From contig CAZDPJ010000002.1 of NCBI GenBank assembly GCA_964507405.1, positions 13,233 to 77,232 of the forward strand: DNA of 64,000 nt. The letters are read 5' to 3'. The position numbers and the translations under genes were made by a program. This document shows, one piece after another, positions 18,819-29,089 of the stretch. Origin of the DNA: an uncultured Staphylococcaceae bacterium. GTDB lineage: Bacteria > Bacillota_I > Bacilli_A > ML615J-28 > CAG-313. The first letter of the stretch is position 1. Each line of letters opens with the position of its first letter. Below the pieces are notes generated by a model. It made no database searches. It was not told the DNA's origin and saw nothing but the letters and a program-made list of their open reading frames with translations.

Positions 18819-21704
18819 ATGAGTAAATATGAATTAATTAAAGAAAAATATATAGATGAAGTAAAATCAAATGTTAAACTTTTAAAACACACTAAGTCTG
18901 GAGCGAGGATTTTACTTTTTGAAAATAGTGATGAAAATAAAGTATTTTCAATTGGATTTAGAACGCCACCTACTGATGATACAGGAGTGCCTCATATCTT
19001 AGAGCATTCTACTTTATGTGGTTCTAAAAAATTCCCTGTCAAAGATCCATTTATTGAATTATTAAAAAGTTCATTAAATACATTCTTAAATGCAATGACT
19101 TATCCTGATAAAACAGTTTATCCGGTAGCTAGTTGTAATGATAAAGATTTTGCTAACTTAATGGAAGTATATATGGATGCGGTATTTTATCCTAATGTAT
19201 ATATTCATGAAGAAATATTTAAACAAGAAGGCTGGCATTATGAGTTAGAAAATAAGGACGCTCCCTTAATTTATAATGGTGTTGTTTATAATGAAATGAA
19301 AGGTGCTTTTTCTAGTCCTGAACAAGTAGTAATGAGAGAATCAATGCATGCTTTATTCCCAGATACAACATATGGAGTAGAATCTGGTGGTGATCCTCTT
19401 TATATTCCTAATTTAACTTATGAGGCATTTAAAAATTTCCATCATCGTTTTTATAGTCCATCAAATAGTTATATCATTTTATATGGTAATATGAATATGG
19501 AAGAAAAACTTGAATGGTTAGATAAAGAGTATTTATCTAAATTTGATATTATTAAAGTTGATTCTAAAATTGAATATCAAAAACCATTTAGTAAACCATT
19601 TGAAAAAGAAATTTATTATCCAATTGGTAAAGATGAAAACCCTGAGAATAAAACATATTATTCATATAATGCGGTTATTGGAACATATGAAGACGCTAAA
19701 CTAAATTTAGCTTATCAAATTTTAACATATGCATTACTTGATGCACCTGGTGCGGTTTTGAAAAAAGCTATAATTGATGTGGGGATTGGTAGTGATGTAT
19801 TATCAATATATGATGGTGGATTGTTACAACCATTCTTTAGTATCATAATTAAAGATGCTAAGAGTAAACAAGAACAAGTCTTAAAAGATGTTATTAATAA
19901 GACTTTAAATGAATTAGTTACAAAAGGTATTGATAAAAAGGCATTACAAGCAGCTATTAACTATTATGAATTTAAGTATCTTGAATCTGATTTTAATGGT
20001 GAACCAAAAGGCTTAGTATATGGATTAAATGCTATGGAAACTTGGCTATATGATGATAATGATCCATTTACTAGACTTGAATATAGAGAACAATTTAAAT
20101 CATTAAAAGAGGCTCTTAATACAAATTACTATGAAGAATTAATTAAGAAGTATTTATTAGAAAATAATCATGTTGCTTATGTTACAGTTTCTCCAAGTAA
20201 CACTTTAGGCCAAGAAAATGAAGAAGCATTAAAACAAAAACTAGAAAACTATAAAGCAAGTCTAACTGAAGAAGAAATTGAAAAGTTAGTGGCTGATACT
20301 AAAGCATTAAAAGAATATCAAGCAACTCCATCAACAAAAGAAGAACTTGCGACTATTCCACTTTTAACTCGTGATGATATTGATGATAAAGTATTACCTT
20401 TATATAATGAAGAAATAAATAAAGATTCAGTTAAAATTATTAAACATAATGTTGATACTAATGGAATTGCATATTTAAATGTTGGTTTTAATACAAAGGG
20501 TGTGCCAAGTCATTTAATTCCTTATGTTGGTTTATTGCAACATGTTTTAACATTTGTTGATACTAAAAATTATAACTATCAATTATTATCTCAAGAAATA
20601 AATATTAATACTGGTGGAATCACTCCTGATGTTAAATGTGTTGCTGTTGGCAATAATGATGTGTTACCATTATTTATATTTGAAACGAAAGTATTATATG
20701 AAAATATTCCATTTGTTTTTGAAATATTAAAAGAAATCATTACTTCATCTAAACTAGATGATGAAGCACGTTTATTAGAAATTCTTGGTGAAAATAAATC
20801 ACAACGTCAAATGACGTTAATGGGACGTGGGCATGTTAGTGCTTTAAATCGAGCTTTATCATATATTAGAAGTGCTAGTTATTATAATGAACTAGTTAAT
20901 GGAATTAGCCAATATCAATTTGTTGAAGATTTATGTTTAAACTTTAATTTGAAAAAGAATGAGGTTGTTAAGAATTTAAATGAAGTCGTTAAATATATCT
21001 TTAGAAAAGAAAATTTAATTATTTCTTATACTGGTACTAATGATTCTTATTTAGATTATATAAAAGATTTTAGTGATGCTTTATATCAAGATAAAGTTAA
21101 AACGGAAGAATTTAAATTTGAAGTAAATAAATTAAATGAAGGATTTAAAACTCCATCAATGGTTCAATATGTTGCTAGAGTAGGTAATTTTGAAGAAGTT
21201 GGTCGTTATACAGGTGCGTTCCAAGTATTTGCGATGGCTCTACGTTATGATTATTTATGGATGCAAGTTAGAGTTCTTGGTGGTGCGTATGGATGTATGA
21301 ATAGTTTTACTAGAAATGGTAATGTATATTTTGTTTCATATCGTGACCCTAACTTAGATAAGACGATGGATGTTTATATGAATGTATTAAATTATATCGA
21401 TAACTTTAACCCTAGTCCTGAGGAAATCACTAAATATATTATTGGTGCAATCGGTATGCTAGATACACCACTTAGTCCTAAAAATATTGGTAATCGTTCA
21501 TTTACAGCTTACCTTCAAAACGTAAGTTATGAAGAATTAAAACAAGAACGTCATGAAGGATTAAATGTAACTCTTGATGATATAAAGAATTTAAGACCAT
21601 TAATTGAAAAAGCATTAAATGATGATGCTCTTTGTGTAATTGGTAATGAAAATAAAGTTGATGAATCAAAGATGTTTAAAGAAGTAAAAAATCTTTTCAA
21701 ATAA
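18819..21704 (+). CDS. M16C (PreP/insulinase-like) zinc metallopeptidase
   Basis: Inverted zinc motif HILEH plus downstream Glu. ~960 aa, four-domain size. ATG at 18819 follows SD aaagggg. Confidence 0.85.
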   Translation: MSKYELIKEKYIDEVKSNVKLLKHTKSGARILLFENSDENKVFSIGFRTPPTDDTGVPHILEHSTLCGSKKFPVKDPFIELLKSSLNTFLNAMTYPDKTVYPVASCNDKDFANLMEVYMDAVFYPNVYIHEEIFKQEGWHYELENKDAPLIYNGVVYNEMKGAFSSPEQVVMRESMHALFPDTTYGVESGGDPLYIPNLTYEAFKNFHHRFYSPSNSYIILYGNMNMEEKLEWLDKEYLSKFDIIKVDSKIEYQKPFSKPFEKEIYYPIGKDENPENKTYYSYNAVIGTYEDAKLNLAYQILTYALLDAPGAVLKKAIIDVGIGSDVLSIYDGGLLQPFFSIIIKDAKSKQEQVLKDVINKTLNELVTKGIDKKALQAAINYYEFKYLESDFNGEPKGLVYGLNAMETWLYDDNDPFTRLEYREQFKSLKEALNTNYYEELIKKYLLENNHVAYVTVSPSNTLGQENEEALKQKLENYKASLTEEEIEKLVADTKALKEYQATPSTKEELATIPLLTRDDIDDKVLPLYNEEINKDSVKIIKHNVDTNGIAYLNVGFNTKGVPSHLIPYVGLLQHVLTFVDTKNYNYQLLSQEININTGGITPDVKCVAVGNNDVLPLFIFETKVLYENIPFVFEILKEIITSSKLDDEARLLEILGENKSQRQMTLMGRGHVSALNRALSYIRSASYYNELVNGISQYQFVEDLCLNFNLKKNEVVKNLNEVVKYIFRKENLIISYTGTNDSYLDYIKDFSDALYQDKVKTEEFKFEVNKLNEGFKTPSMVQYVARVGNFEEVGRYTGAFQVFAMALRYDYLWMQVRVLGGAYGCMNSFTRNGNVYFVSYRDPNLDKTMDVYMNVLNYIDNFNPSPEEITKYIIGAIGMLDTPLSPKNIGNRSFTAYLQNVSYEELKQERHEGLNVTLDDIKNLRPLIEKALNDDALCVIGNENKVDESKMFKEVKNLFK

Positions 21705-21807
21705 TTAAATGTATTCTAAATAGATAAAAATGTAATCTAGTTATATTTAATTGATTTAATTTTAAAAAAGTGGTATAATCTTTAAAAAAGAAAAGGAGAT
21801 GGAAATT

Positions 21808-22170
21808 ATGAAAAAAGCTTTAAGACTTTCAGTTGTAACATTAATGTTATTATTTGCATTTACTTTTGTTGCATGTGCACCTAAAGACGTTGATGCTGCA
21901 AAGAAAAAATTAGAAAAAGAAGGATATGAAGTTGTTCTTGCTACTAGTTTTTCTGTAAAAGAAAATGGTGCATGTGGTACAGTTTCTGCTTATCAATTAA
22001 TTAACCTTAAAAAAGGTAATGCGATCCTTGCTACTTTATATGAATCTACTTCTGCTGCGAAGGCTGCTTATGAAAAAGGTGGATTTGATAAAGATGAAGA
22101 CCAAGAAGTACAACGCGTTGGTAAATGGGTTGTCGTTGGCACAAGCGAAGCTATTAAAGCATTTAAATAG
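21808..22170 (+). CDS. Small lipoprotein of unknown function
   Basis: Signal peptide with lipobox FTFVAC. SD aaaaggag 9 nt upstream of the ATG at 21808. Confidence 0.6.
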   Translation: MKKALRLSVVTLMLLFAFTFVACAPKDVDAAKKKLEKEGYEVVLATSFSVKENGACGTVSAYQLINLKKGNAILATLYESTSAAKAAYEKGGFDKDEDQEVQRVGKWVVVGTSEAIKAFK

Positions 22171-22171
22171 C

Positions 22172-22220
22172 AAAAAAACGCCTATTAGTTCTTTATTAAG
22201 AATTAATAAGCGTTTTTTTT
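22172..22220. terminator. Bidirectional terminator between convergent genes
   Basis: 16-bp imperfect hairpin ACGCCTATTAGTTCTT / AAGAATTAATAAGCGT flanked by A7 and T8. Overlaps the stop of the minus-strand gene. Confidence 0.7.
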
Positions 22221-22861
22221 ATTTCTTTTATTTCTCCTGGTTTTAGTCCATCAAGAACATAATCTCCAATTCTTATTCTTTGTAAGGAAATAACTCTATT
22301 TTTAGAATTAATAACACTACGTCTAATTTGATGATATTTACCATCGATTAGGGTTAATTTAATATTATAATCATCAATTAATTCAACTTTCATTTCTTTA
22401 GTAAGTTTACCTTTAATAATAATAGGTTTCGTAATACTATTTAAAAACTCATCGGTTACTTTATTTTTTAGTGTAACTATATAATCTTTCGTAATATTAT
22501 TTAGAGGATTATTTAAATAGTTTATATAATTTCCATCATTTGTTAAAATAACAAGACCAAAACTATTTTTATCAAGTCTTCCTGCGGGCATTACTTTTTG
22601 ACTAATCTTAATATTTGATATATATGAGTCATTTGTTGATGTAATATCACATCTAATTCCTATTGGTTTATAGTATAAATAATAAACTAAATCTTGCTTT
22701 GTAAGTATTTTATCATCAACAGTAACTATATCATTTTCATTAATTATCCATGAATAGTCTACCATCTTATTATTTACTTTAATTCTATTTTCAGTATATA
22801 GTGTTCTTACTTCATGTTCTGTATAATTACCATTTATTTTTACATATTTACTTAGTCTCAT
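22196..22861 (-). CDS. rRNA pseudouridine synthase, RsuA/RluB/RluF family
   Basis: N-terminal S4 domain (RLSKYV..) and catalytic motif AGRLDKNSFGLVILTNDG, plus KYHQIRR. Confidence 0.85.
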   Translation of the reverse strand: MRLSKYVKINGNYTEHEVRTLYTENRIKVNNKMVDYSWIINENDIVTVDDKILTKQDLVYYLYYKPIGIRCDITSTNDSYISNIKISQKVMPAGRLDKNSFGLVILTNDGNYINYLNNPLNNITKDYIVTLKNKVTDEFLNSITKPIIIKGKLTKEMKVELIDDYNIKLTLIDGKYHQIRRSVINSKNRVISLQRIRIGDYVLDGLKPGEIKEIKKTLINS

Positions 22862-22955
22862 CTTGCCACCTCTTAAGTAATTATATCATAAAAGATAGTT
22901 TTATTCCATTATTTTTTAATCTTTATACGTAATATTTTTTAAAGAGGTGATATAC

Positions 22956-23435
22956 TTGAAAAGAATATTAGTTTTATTATTGTTCTTCCTTTTAGTTGGA
23001 TGTAGTGATGAAGATATATATATACCTCCATCTAATACATTAGATCAAGAATTAGTTATTGTTGAAATTAAAGGAGCTGTAAAGTATCCTGGAGTATATG
23101 AAGTTAGTAGTAATGCCATCATTAAAGATATCATTGATCTTGCTGGGGGAGTGACAAATCTTGCTAACTTAGATAGTATAAATTTAGCATCAAAAATAGA
23201 GAGTAATCAGTTAATTAATATTCCATATAAAAATTCAGTTTCTAATTTAATTAATATTAATACCGCAAGTTTAGCAGAGTTAACTACGCTCGAAGGAATT
23301 GGTAATTCTAAAGCATTAGCCATTATTAAGTACCGTAATGAAATGGGATTATTTACAAGTATTGAAGACTTAAAAAAAGTAAAAGGTATTGGTGAAGGTT
23401 TATTTGAAAAGATTAAAGCGAATATTACGATTTAA
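22956..23435 (+). CDS. comEA: Competence protein ComEA (membrane/lipid-anchored HhH DNA receptor)
   Basis: TTG start 6 nt after SD agaggtg. Signal with LLVGC. SLBB-like VEIKGAVKYPGVYEV. HhH motifs INTASLAELTTLEGIGNSKA and VKGIGEGLFEKI. Confidence 0.85.
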   Translation: MKRILVLLLFFLLVGCSDEDIYIPPSNTLDQELVIVEIKGAVKYPGVYEVSSNAIIKDIIDLAGGVTNLANLDSINLASKIESNQLINIPYKNSVSNLININTASLAELTTLEGIGNSKALAIIKYRNEMGLFTSIEDLKKVKGIGEGLFEKIKANITI

Positions 23436-25599
23436 TGATTTTGTAGGTAATTTTTATTTAATTGGACTTGGGGTTATATTAGGTCTTTTAGTTATAATTA
23501 GATTTAATATTCTATATTTAATTATCTTTATTTTGTATCTTTTATATTTATTTATAAAGTCATATAAATATGCAATAGTTACAATAATACTATTTTTATT
23601 TCTTTTATTAAACCTAGGTATTAGATATATAAAATATAATAAAAAAGAATCAAATACTGTAAACTTACAAGGAGTTATTGTTTCTGTTAAAGAAAAAACA
23701 AATAGCAATCAAATAATAATTAAATGTAATGGTTTAAAATATCTTTTTTATGATGAAACAAAATCATTAAAACTTGGTGATAATATTAATGTTAGGGGCA
23801 ATCTTAGTAATAATGAATCCAATCATATTCCCTATTTATTTAATTATTCCCTTTATTTAAAAGAAAACAATATTAAAGGAGTTATTAATAATCCTGAATA
23901 TAAAAAAATAAATTCATCAGTTTCAATATATACTCTTAATAGATTAATCAATGATTCATTAAATGCACGATTTAAAGGCAATACTGCCTCATTTTTAAAA
24001 GCTTTGTTAGTAGGTGAAACAAATACATTAGGTGAAGAATTAAGTGAAGATATTAGAAAGGTAGGTATTGGTCATTTATTTGTAATATCAGGATTACATA
24101 TGAATGTACTCGCAATGATTATTACTAAAATATTAAAACTTTTTAAAGTAAAGACTAGTTTTATTGATTATATTATTATTTTCTTTTTTATAATTTATTA
24201 TTTTATAACATTAGGTATGGTTTCAATATTAAGGGTATTACTGACCTTCATACTTTCTACCATTAATAAAAAAAATAAATTATTACTTTCTAGTTTAGAT
24301 ATATATATAATTTCAATTATTTTTATATTATTAGTTAATCCATATTATCTAGTAAATTATTCTTTTCTTTTAACTTATATTATTTCAACATCTCTTGTTA
24401 TAATTAGTCCATTATTAAAATTTAAAGGATTTAAGGGAAGTATTTTAAATAATATTATAATGAGTGTAAATAGTATATTAGTTACGTTACCAATTATTAT
24501 TAATATTAGTCCTACAATTAATTTCTTATCAATCATCTATAATTTATTTTATATTCCATTTATAAGCTATATTCTTTTACCATTTTCAATAATTGTCTTA
24601 ATCTTTTCTTTTTTAAGTCCTATCTATGAACTATTATTATCAGTCTTTATTAAAAGTACATCTTTTTTAAGTAATATCAATTTATTAAATATTAGTTTTT
24701 CAAGTATAAGTATCATTTTACCAGTAATATATTATTTATTATATTTAGTAATTGTTTTATTACTAATTAATAAAATAAAAGGAAAAATAAGAATATCTTT
24801 TTTTATACTGTTTAGTTTAATTATTATTATTTGGTGTAACTATAGTTACATAAATATGAACGATGAAATATATTTTTTAGATTTACCAAAAGGAGAAAGT
24901 ACTGTTATCATAAAAGCCTTTAATGAGGCCAATATTCTAATTGATACTGGTGAAAATGTGAATAATGATTTAGAGTTATTTTTAAAGAAAAAAGGAATAA
25001 AAAGATTAGATTATGTTTTTATAAGTCATAGTGATAGTGATCATAATGGTAGACTGCCCTATTTAATTAAAGCCTTTAAAATAAAAAATATTGTAATTAG
25101 TAAATATGATGAAATTACTTATGAAATATGTATAAGAAATAATTATAAAGGCAATATTATCAAAGTAAAAGCAGATGATAAAATAATCTTTAAAGATATA
25201 GTATTTGAGATACTTTCACCTAGTAAAAACTATAATTCACCAAATAATAATAGTGTCGTTATGAAAACTACGGTTTTTAATAAAAAAATCTTGTTTACTG
25301 GAGATATTGAAAAAGAAGTAGAAAGTACTTTATTAAATAAAGTAACGTTTAATATTGATATTTATAAAATACCCCATCATGGTTCACTTACATCAAGTAG
25401 TAGTATATTTGTAAATAAACTTAACTATAAGTATGCGGTGTGCATGAGTGGATACCGAAATACCTTTGGATTACCAAATATGATAGCAATAAATAGGTAT
25501 GAAAAAGAAAAAGTCCTCCTAACTAAAAATAAGAGAACTATTTATTTTAAGAAGAAATGGTTTAAAAAAAATATAGCATTAACAGATATTATGTATTAA
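23389..25599 (+). CDS. comEC: DNA internalization channel ComEC (competence + MBL domains)
   Basis: Polytopic membrane core with GIGHLFVISGLHM. C-terminal MBL domain (ISHSDSDHNG, IPHHGS). Start uncertain: TTG at 23389 or 23404, overlapping the comEA 3' end. Confidence 0.85.
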   Translation: MVKVYLKRLKRILRFNDFVGNFYLIGLGVILGLLVIIRFNILYLIIFILYLLYLFIKSYKYAIVTIILFLFLLLNLGIRYIKYNKKESNTVNLQGVIVSVKEKTNSNQIIIKCNGLKYLFYDETKSLKLGDNINVRGNLSNNESNHIPYLFNYSLYLKENNIKGVINNPEYKKINSSVSIYTLNRLINDSLNARFKGNTASFLKALLVGETNTLGEELSEDIRKVGIGHLFVISGLHMNVLAMIITKILKLFKVKTSFIDYIIIFFFIIYYFITLGMVSILRVLLTFILSTINKKNKLLLSSLDIYIISIIFILLVNPYYLVNYSFLLTYIISTSLVIISPLLKFKGFKGSILNNIIMSVNSILVTLPIIINISPTINFLSIIYNLFYIPFISYILLPFSIIVLIFSFLSPIYELLLSVFIKSTSFLSNINLLNISFSSISIILPVIYYLLYLVIVLLLINKIKGKIRISFFILFSLIIIIWCNYSYINMNDEIYFLDLPKGESTVIIKAFNEANILIDTGENVNNDLELFLKKKGIKRLDYVFISHSDSDHNGRLPYLIKAFKIKNIVISKYDEITYEICIRNNYKGNIIKVKADDKIIFKDIVFEILSPSKNYNSPNNNSVVMKTTVFNKKILFTGDIEKEVESTLLNKVTFNIDIYKIPHHGSLTSSSSIFVNKLNYKYAVCMSGYRNTFGLPNMIAINRYEKEKVLLTKNKRTIYFKKKWFKKNIALTDIMY

Positions 25600-25724
25600 T
25601 CTTGTTAAATATTTAAAATATGGTATAATATAATTTAAACAAAGGGTGGCTTAACAATCCATTGACTTAAATTGCATAAATAGTTATAATTTTTGTGGAG
25701 GTGTTAAAATGAAAGACAAAAAAA

Positions 25725-27383
25725 ATGTTTGGTTCATTTATAAAAGAAAAAAGACAAGAAAAAAATTATTCACAAAAAGATTTAGCAGAACTGTTATTCA
25801 TTACAGAAAGTGCTGTAAGTAAATGGGAAAGGGGAATTACATATCCAGATATTACATTAATTCATGATATATGTCGAGTATTAGATATTACTGAACATGA
25901 ACTAATTGAATCAACTAATGATGTTAATTATCGGAAAATGAAAAAAGATGCACATAAATTTAATAAACTTAAAAAAATTCTTTTTTGGATAATGAATATA
26001 TCATATATTCTTGGAATTTTAGTTTGCTTTATTGTAAATATTGCATGCTTTCATACGCTATCGTGGTTTTTTATAGTTCTTTCTTCAATTTTAGTTGCAT
26101 ATTCATTTTGTCCAACCCTAACTTGGATTTATCCGAAATATAAACTAGTTATTTTTAGTATTACAACATATGTTAGTTTAGTCATTTTATTTTTGACTTG
26201 TAGTATATATTTTTCTAATTATTGGTTTATGATAGCATCTATTAGTGTTTTACTGGGTTATTTTATTGTGCTTTTCCCAATAATGTTTAAAAAACAAAAA
26301 GGATATTTAGAAATTGATAAATATAAATTCTTATCTAAATTCTTTTTATTGATCTATAGTGGTGGAATCTTTATTATTACATTATTATTACTAGTATCAA
26401 TATATTGTTATACAAAATTTAATCTATTAATGGGCATTCTTATTTTATTGACTGTATTTATTATTCCAATATTTTTAGGACTATTAAAAGGATTTAATGT
26501 TAAAAATAATATTATATTAATAATTATTCTTATAATTATTACTTTAATAATAATATTTATAGTATTAAATACTATATTATCGGTTATTCATAATAGTTCA
26601 AAAGAAAATAAATCGATAAAGATTAATGAAGTAACAAAAGAAATAGTTGTTGATTGTGATATTTATAATATAAATTTATATCTATCAAAAGAAAATGTAA
26701 TTTATTTTGATGAATATAAAAAAATAAAAATTGATATCAAAGAAGAAAATGAAAGTATATATATAAAAGAAATTGATAATCGTAATATATTTGAGACATT
26801 ATTTAACAATTTTAACAGGCCAAGTATTGATATATATTTAACAAATGATATGATAAGTTCTTTAGATATAAATGTTTCAACTGGCGATATTAAAGTAAAT
26901 AAGGGTTTTAATTTTGATAATATAAAAGTTAAAAATTCAACTGGTAATATTTTATTATCATGCAACGTAGACAATAAATTAGAAGTTGAAAATAGAACAG
27001 GTAATATTATTATTAATAATTCTACGATATTAGGTAATACCATAATTAATTCAAAAACCGGTAAAATTGACGTATATAATGTAAATACTGCTTCAATTAA
27101 AATTGAAACTAAAACTGGTAATACGAAGTTATTAAATACAATTATTAACAATTCCATCTATCTTACCGCGTCAACTGGAAATGTAATTTTAGAAGATGTT
27201 GATGCGGGGGACATATATGTTAAAGTAACAACTGGAAATATTGAAGGAACCTTATTATCGGAAAAAATATTTAGTGTAGAGTCATCAACTGGTAAAATAA
27301 ATGTTCCGGAATCCTATACTGGTGGTAGATGTAAGTTAATTACATCAACCGGAAATATAAATATTAAGTATAAAGAAAAATAA
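25725..27383 (+). CDS. Membrane-tethered XRE-family HTH regulator with 7 TM helices and a C-terminal DUF4097 beta-strand-repeat domain
   Basis: HTH: FIKEKRQEKNYSQKDLAELLFITESAVSKWERGITYPD. About seven hydrophobic helices. Nine repeats of the (S/T/K)TG(N/D/K)I motif typical of DUF4097. Confidence 0.75.
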   Translation: MFGSFIKEKRQEKNYSQKDLAELLFITESAVSKWERGITYPDITLIHDICRVLDITEHELIESTNDVNYRKMKKDAHKFNKLKKILFWIMNISYILGILVCFIVNIACFHTLSWFFIVLSSILVAYSFCPTLTWIYPKYKLVIFSITTYVSLVILFLTCSIYFSNYWFMIASISVLLGYFIVLFPIMFKKQKGYLEIDKYKFLSKFFLLIYSGGIFIITLLLLVSIYCYTKFNLLMGILILLTVFIIPIFLGLLKGFNVKNNIILIIILIIITLIIIFIVLNTILSVIHNSSKENKSIKINEVTKEIVVDCDIYNINLYLSKENVIYFDEYKKIKIDIKEENESIYIKEIDNRNIFETLFNNFNRPSIDIYLTNDMISSLDINVSTGDIKVNKGFNFDNIKVKNSTGNILLSCNVDNKLEVENRTGNIIINNSTILGNTIINSKTGKIDVYNVNTASIKIETKTGNTKLLNTIINNSIYLTASTGNVILEDVDAGDIYVKVTTGNIEGTLLSEKIFSVESSTGKINVPESYTGGRCKLITSTGNINIKYKEK

Positions 27384-27415
27384 ACATCTATTCATAAATT
27401 GATTAATCACTTTAC

Positions 27416-27444
27416 TTTACTAAACTAAAGTTTTATGATATAAT
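27416..27444 (+). promoter_or_regulatory. Sigma-A-type promoter for rpsT
   Basis: TTTACT-17 nt-TATAAT with a TG extension (tgatataat). Confidence 0.5.
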
Positions 27445-27473
27445 AAATATGTTATTTCATTGGAGGTGTAGCA

Positions 27474-27737
27474 ATGGCAAACATTAAACAACAAATGAAA
27501 CGAGATATTACTAATAACAAAAAAAGATTATTAAATGCATCATTTAATTCATCTTTAAAAACAGCAGTAAAAGCTTTTGAAGCAGCTCTTTTATCTGGTG
27601 ATAAAGCAAAAGCTACTGAAGCATATAGTTTTGCTTGTAAAAAATTAGACAAATCTTTAGCTAAAGGTATTAATCATAAAAACTATGTTGCTAGACAAAA
27701 ATCTCGTTTAGCAAGTGCTTTAAATAAAATGGCATAA
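27474..27737 (+). CDS. rpsT: 30S ribosomal protein S20
   Basis: MANIKQQMKRDITNNKKRL.., 87 aa, basic. SD ggaggtg. Confidence 0.95.
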   Translation: MANIKQQMKRDITNNKKRLLNASFNSSLKTAVKAFEAALLSGDKAKATEAYSFACKKLDKSLAKGINHKNYVARQKSRLASALNKMA

Positions 27738-27749
27738 GAAATAAAATTT

Positions 27750-27788
27750 ACCCTTTAAATCTAATTTGATTTAGAGGGTTATTTTTTT
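27750..27788 (+). terminator. rpsT terminator
   Basis: ACCCTTTAAATC-loop-GATTTAGAGGGT followed by a T-run. Confidence 0.8.
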
Positions 27789-27857
27789 AATTAAATTTTA
27801 AGTTATGATGATATAATTTAAAAAAGATATACTATATTTAAAATATGGAGAAGTAGT

Positions 27858-29075
27858 ATGTTCAAAAAATTGAGAATTAAATTTATATGTATTGCTATGC
27901 TTTCGGTTATTATTGTTTTAGCACTGGTAATTGGTGGAATTAATATTAATAATTATCATGCTATAACAACAAAGGCAGATGAAACCTTAAATATAATGAA
28001 AAATAATAATGGGAAATTTCCATTAAGAATACCAAATAAAAATAATTATGAAGAGTTTTCTAATCCTGAGGCTTTTTATGAAACAAGATACTTTACAATA
28101 ATTTTAAGCAAAAATAAGGAGGTAGTTAGAATTGATCTTGAAAACGTTGCTTCGATTGATTCTGAATCCGCTTATAATTATGCTCTTAAAATTGATAATA
28201 AAACCAAAGAAAATGGCTTTGTTGATAATTACCGGTATTTAAAAGTAAATTTAAGTGAAGATAAAGTTATATATATGTTCTTAGATTGTAGTAGAAGTTT
28301 AAATATCTATTATCAATTTTTACAAAGTAGTATTATGATGAGTTTAATGGTAATTATTTTAGTCCTTGTTTTAGTAATTTTCTTTTCTATGATTATTACT
28401 AAACCTGTTGCTAGAACATATCAAAAACAACAACAATTTATAACTAATGCAAGTCATGATTTAAAAACCCCATTAACTATTATTAATGGTAGTTGTGAAA
28501 TATTAGAATATAATAATACTGATAATGAATGGATTGAAACAATAAAAGAACAAGTAAATAAATTAACAAGTTTAACTAATAAATTAGTAATACTTGCTAA
28601 AATGGATGAGACAATGGCTGATTGCCCAATGACGGAGTTTAATTTATCATCGACAATCGAAGATGTAATTAGTCCTTATCAACAATTATTAGTAAGTAAT
28701 AATAAAAAGTTTTCATTTAATATTTCCAGTAATATTTCTTACAAAGGTAATGAATTATTAATTAGACAAATGTTACAGTTATTACTTGATAATGCTTTAA
28801 AATATTCGGATATTGAAGGCAATATAATATTAACATTATCTAAAACTAATCGAAATATTAAGTTACAATTATCTAATACAACAAGTAATATTCCGGTTGG
28901 TAATTTAGATAAATTATTTGAAAGATTTATAAGACTTGATTCTTCAAGAAATAGTCAAACGGGAGGACATGGAATAGGTCTTTCAGTTGTTAAAACGATA
29001 GTTGATATTCATAAAGGAAAAATAAAAGCATATTCAGAAGATGGAAAGACAATCACCTTTATGATTACTTTATAA
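27858..29075 (+). CDS. Sensor histidine kinase with no adjacent response regulator
   Basis: Two TM helices around a ~130-aa external region. H-box FITNASHDLKTPLT, N-box LLDNALKYS, G-box GGHGIGLSVVKTIV. Confidence 0.85.
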   Translation: MFKKLRIKFICIAMLSVIIVLALVIGGININNYHAITTKADETLNIMKNNNGKFPLRIPNKNNYEEFSNPEAFYETRYFTIILSKNKEVVRIDLENVASIDSESAYNYALKIDNKTKENGFVDNYRYLKVNLSEDKVIYMFLDCSRSLNIYYQFLQSSIMMSLMVIILVLVLVIFFSMIITKPVARTYQKQQQFITNASHDLKTPLTIINGSCEILEYNNTDNEWIETIKEQVNKLTSLTNKLVILAKMDETMADCPMTEFNLSSTIEDVISPYQQLLVSNNKKFSFNISSNISYKGNELLIRQMLQLLLDNALKYSDIEGNIILTLSKTNRNIKLQLSNTTSNIPVGNLDKLFERFIRLDSSRNSQTGGHGIGLSVVKTIVDIHKGKIKAYSEDGKTITFMITL

Positions 29076-29089
29076 AGTGAGGTAGAAAA

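Noticed and set aside
22019-22246. 75-aa plus-strand ORF overlapping the 3' half of the small lipoprotein gene and the bidirectional terminator
   Set aside because: It is an alternative frame of a gene with a proper signal peptide and SD. It runs through a terminator hairpin and has no SD.
25709-25822. 37-codon ORF (MKDKKNVWFIYKRKK...) starting at the SD-proximal ATG
   Set aside because: Its product is a poly-basic low-complexity string produced by reading the HTH gene out of frame. It is better explained as an A-tract frame problem than as a gene, and is reported as a finding instead.
27411-27430. Pentamer periodicity TTTAC TTTAC TAAAC TAAAG upstream of rpsT
   Set aside because: It is short and degenerate and coincides with the -35/spacer of an ordinary promoter. 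It is most likely compositional.
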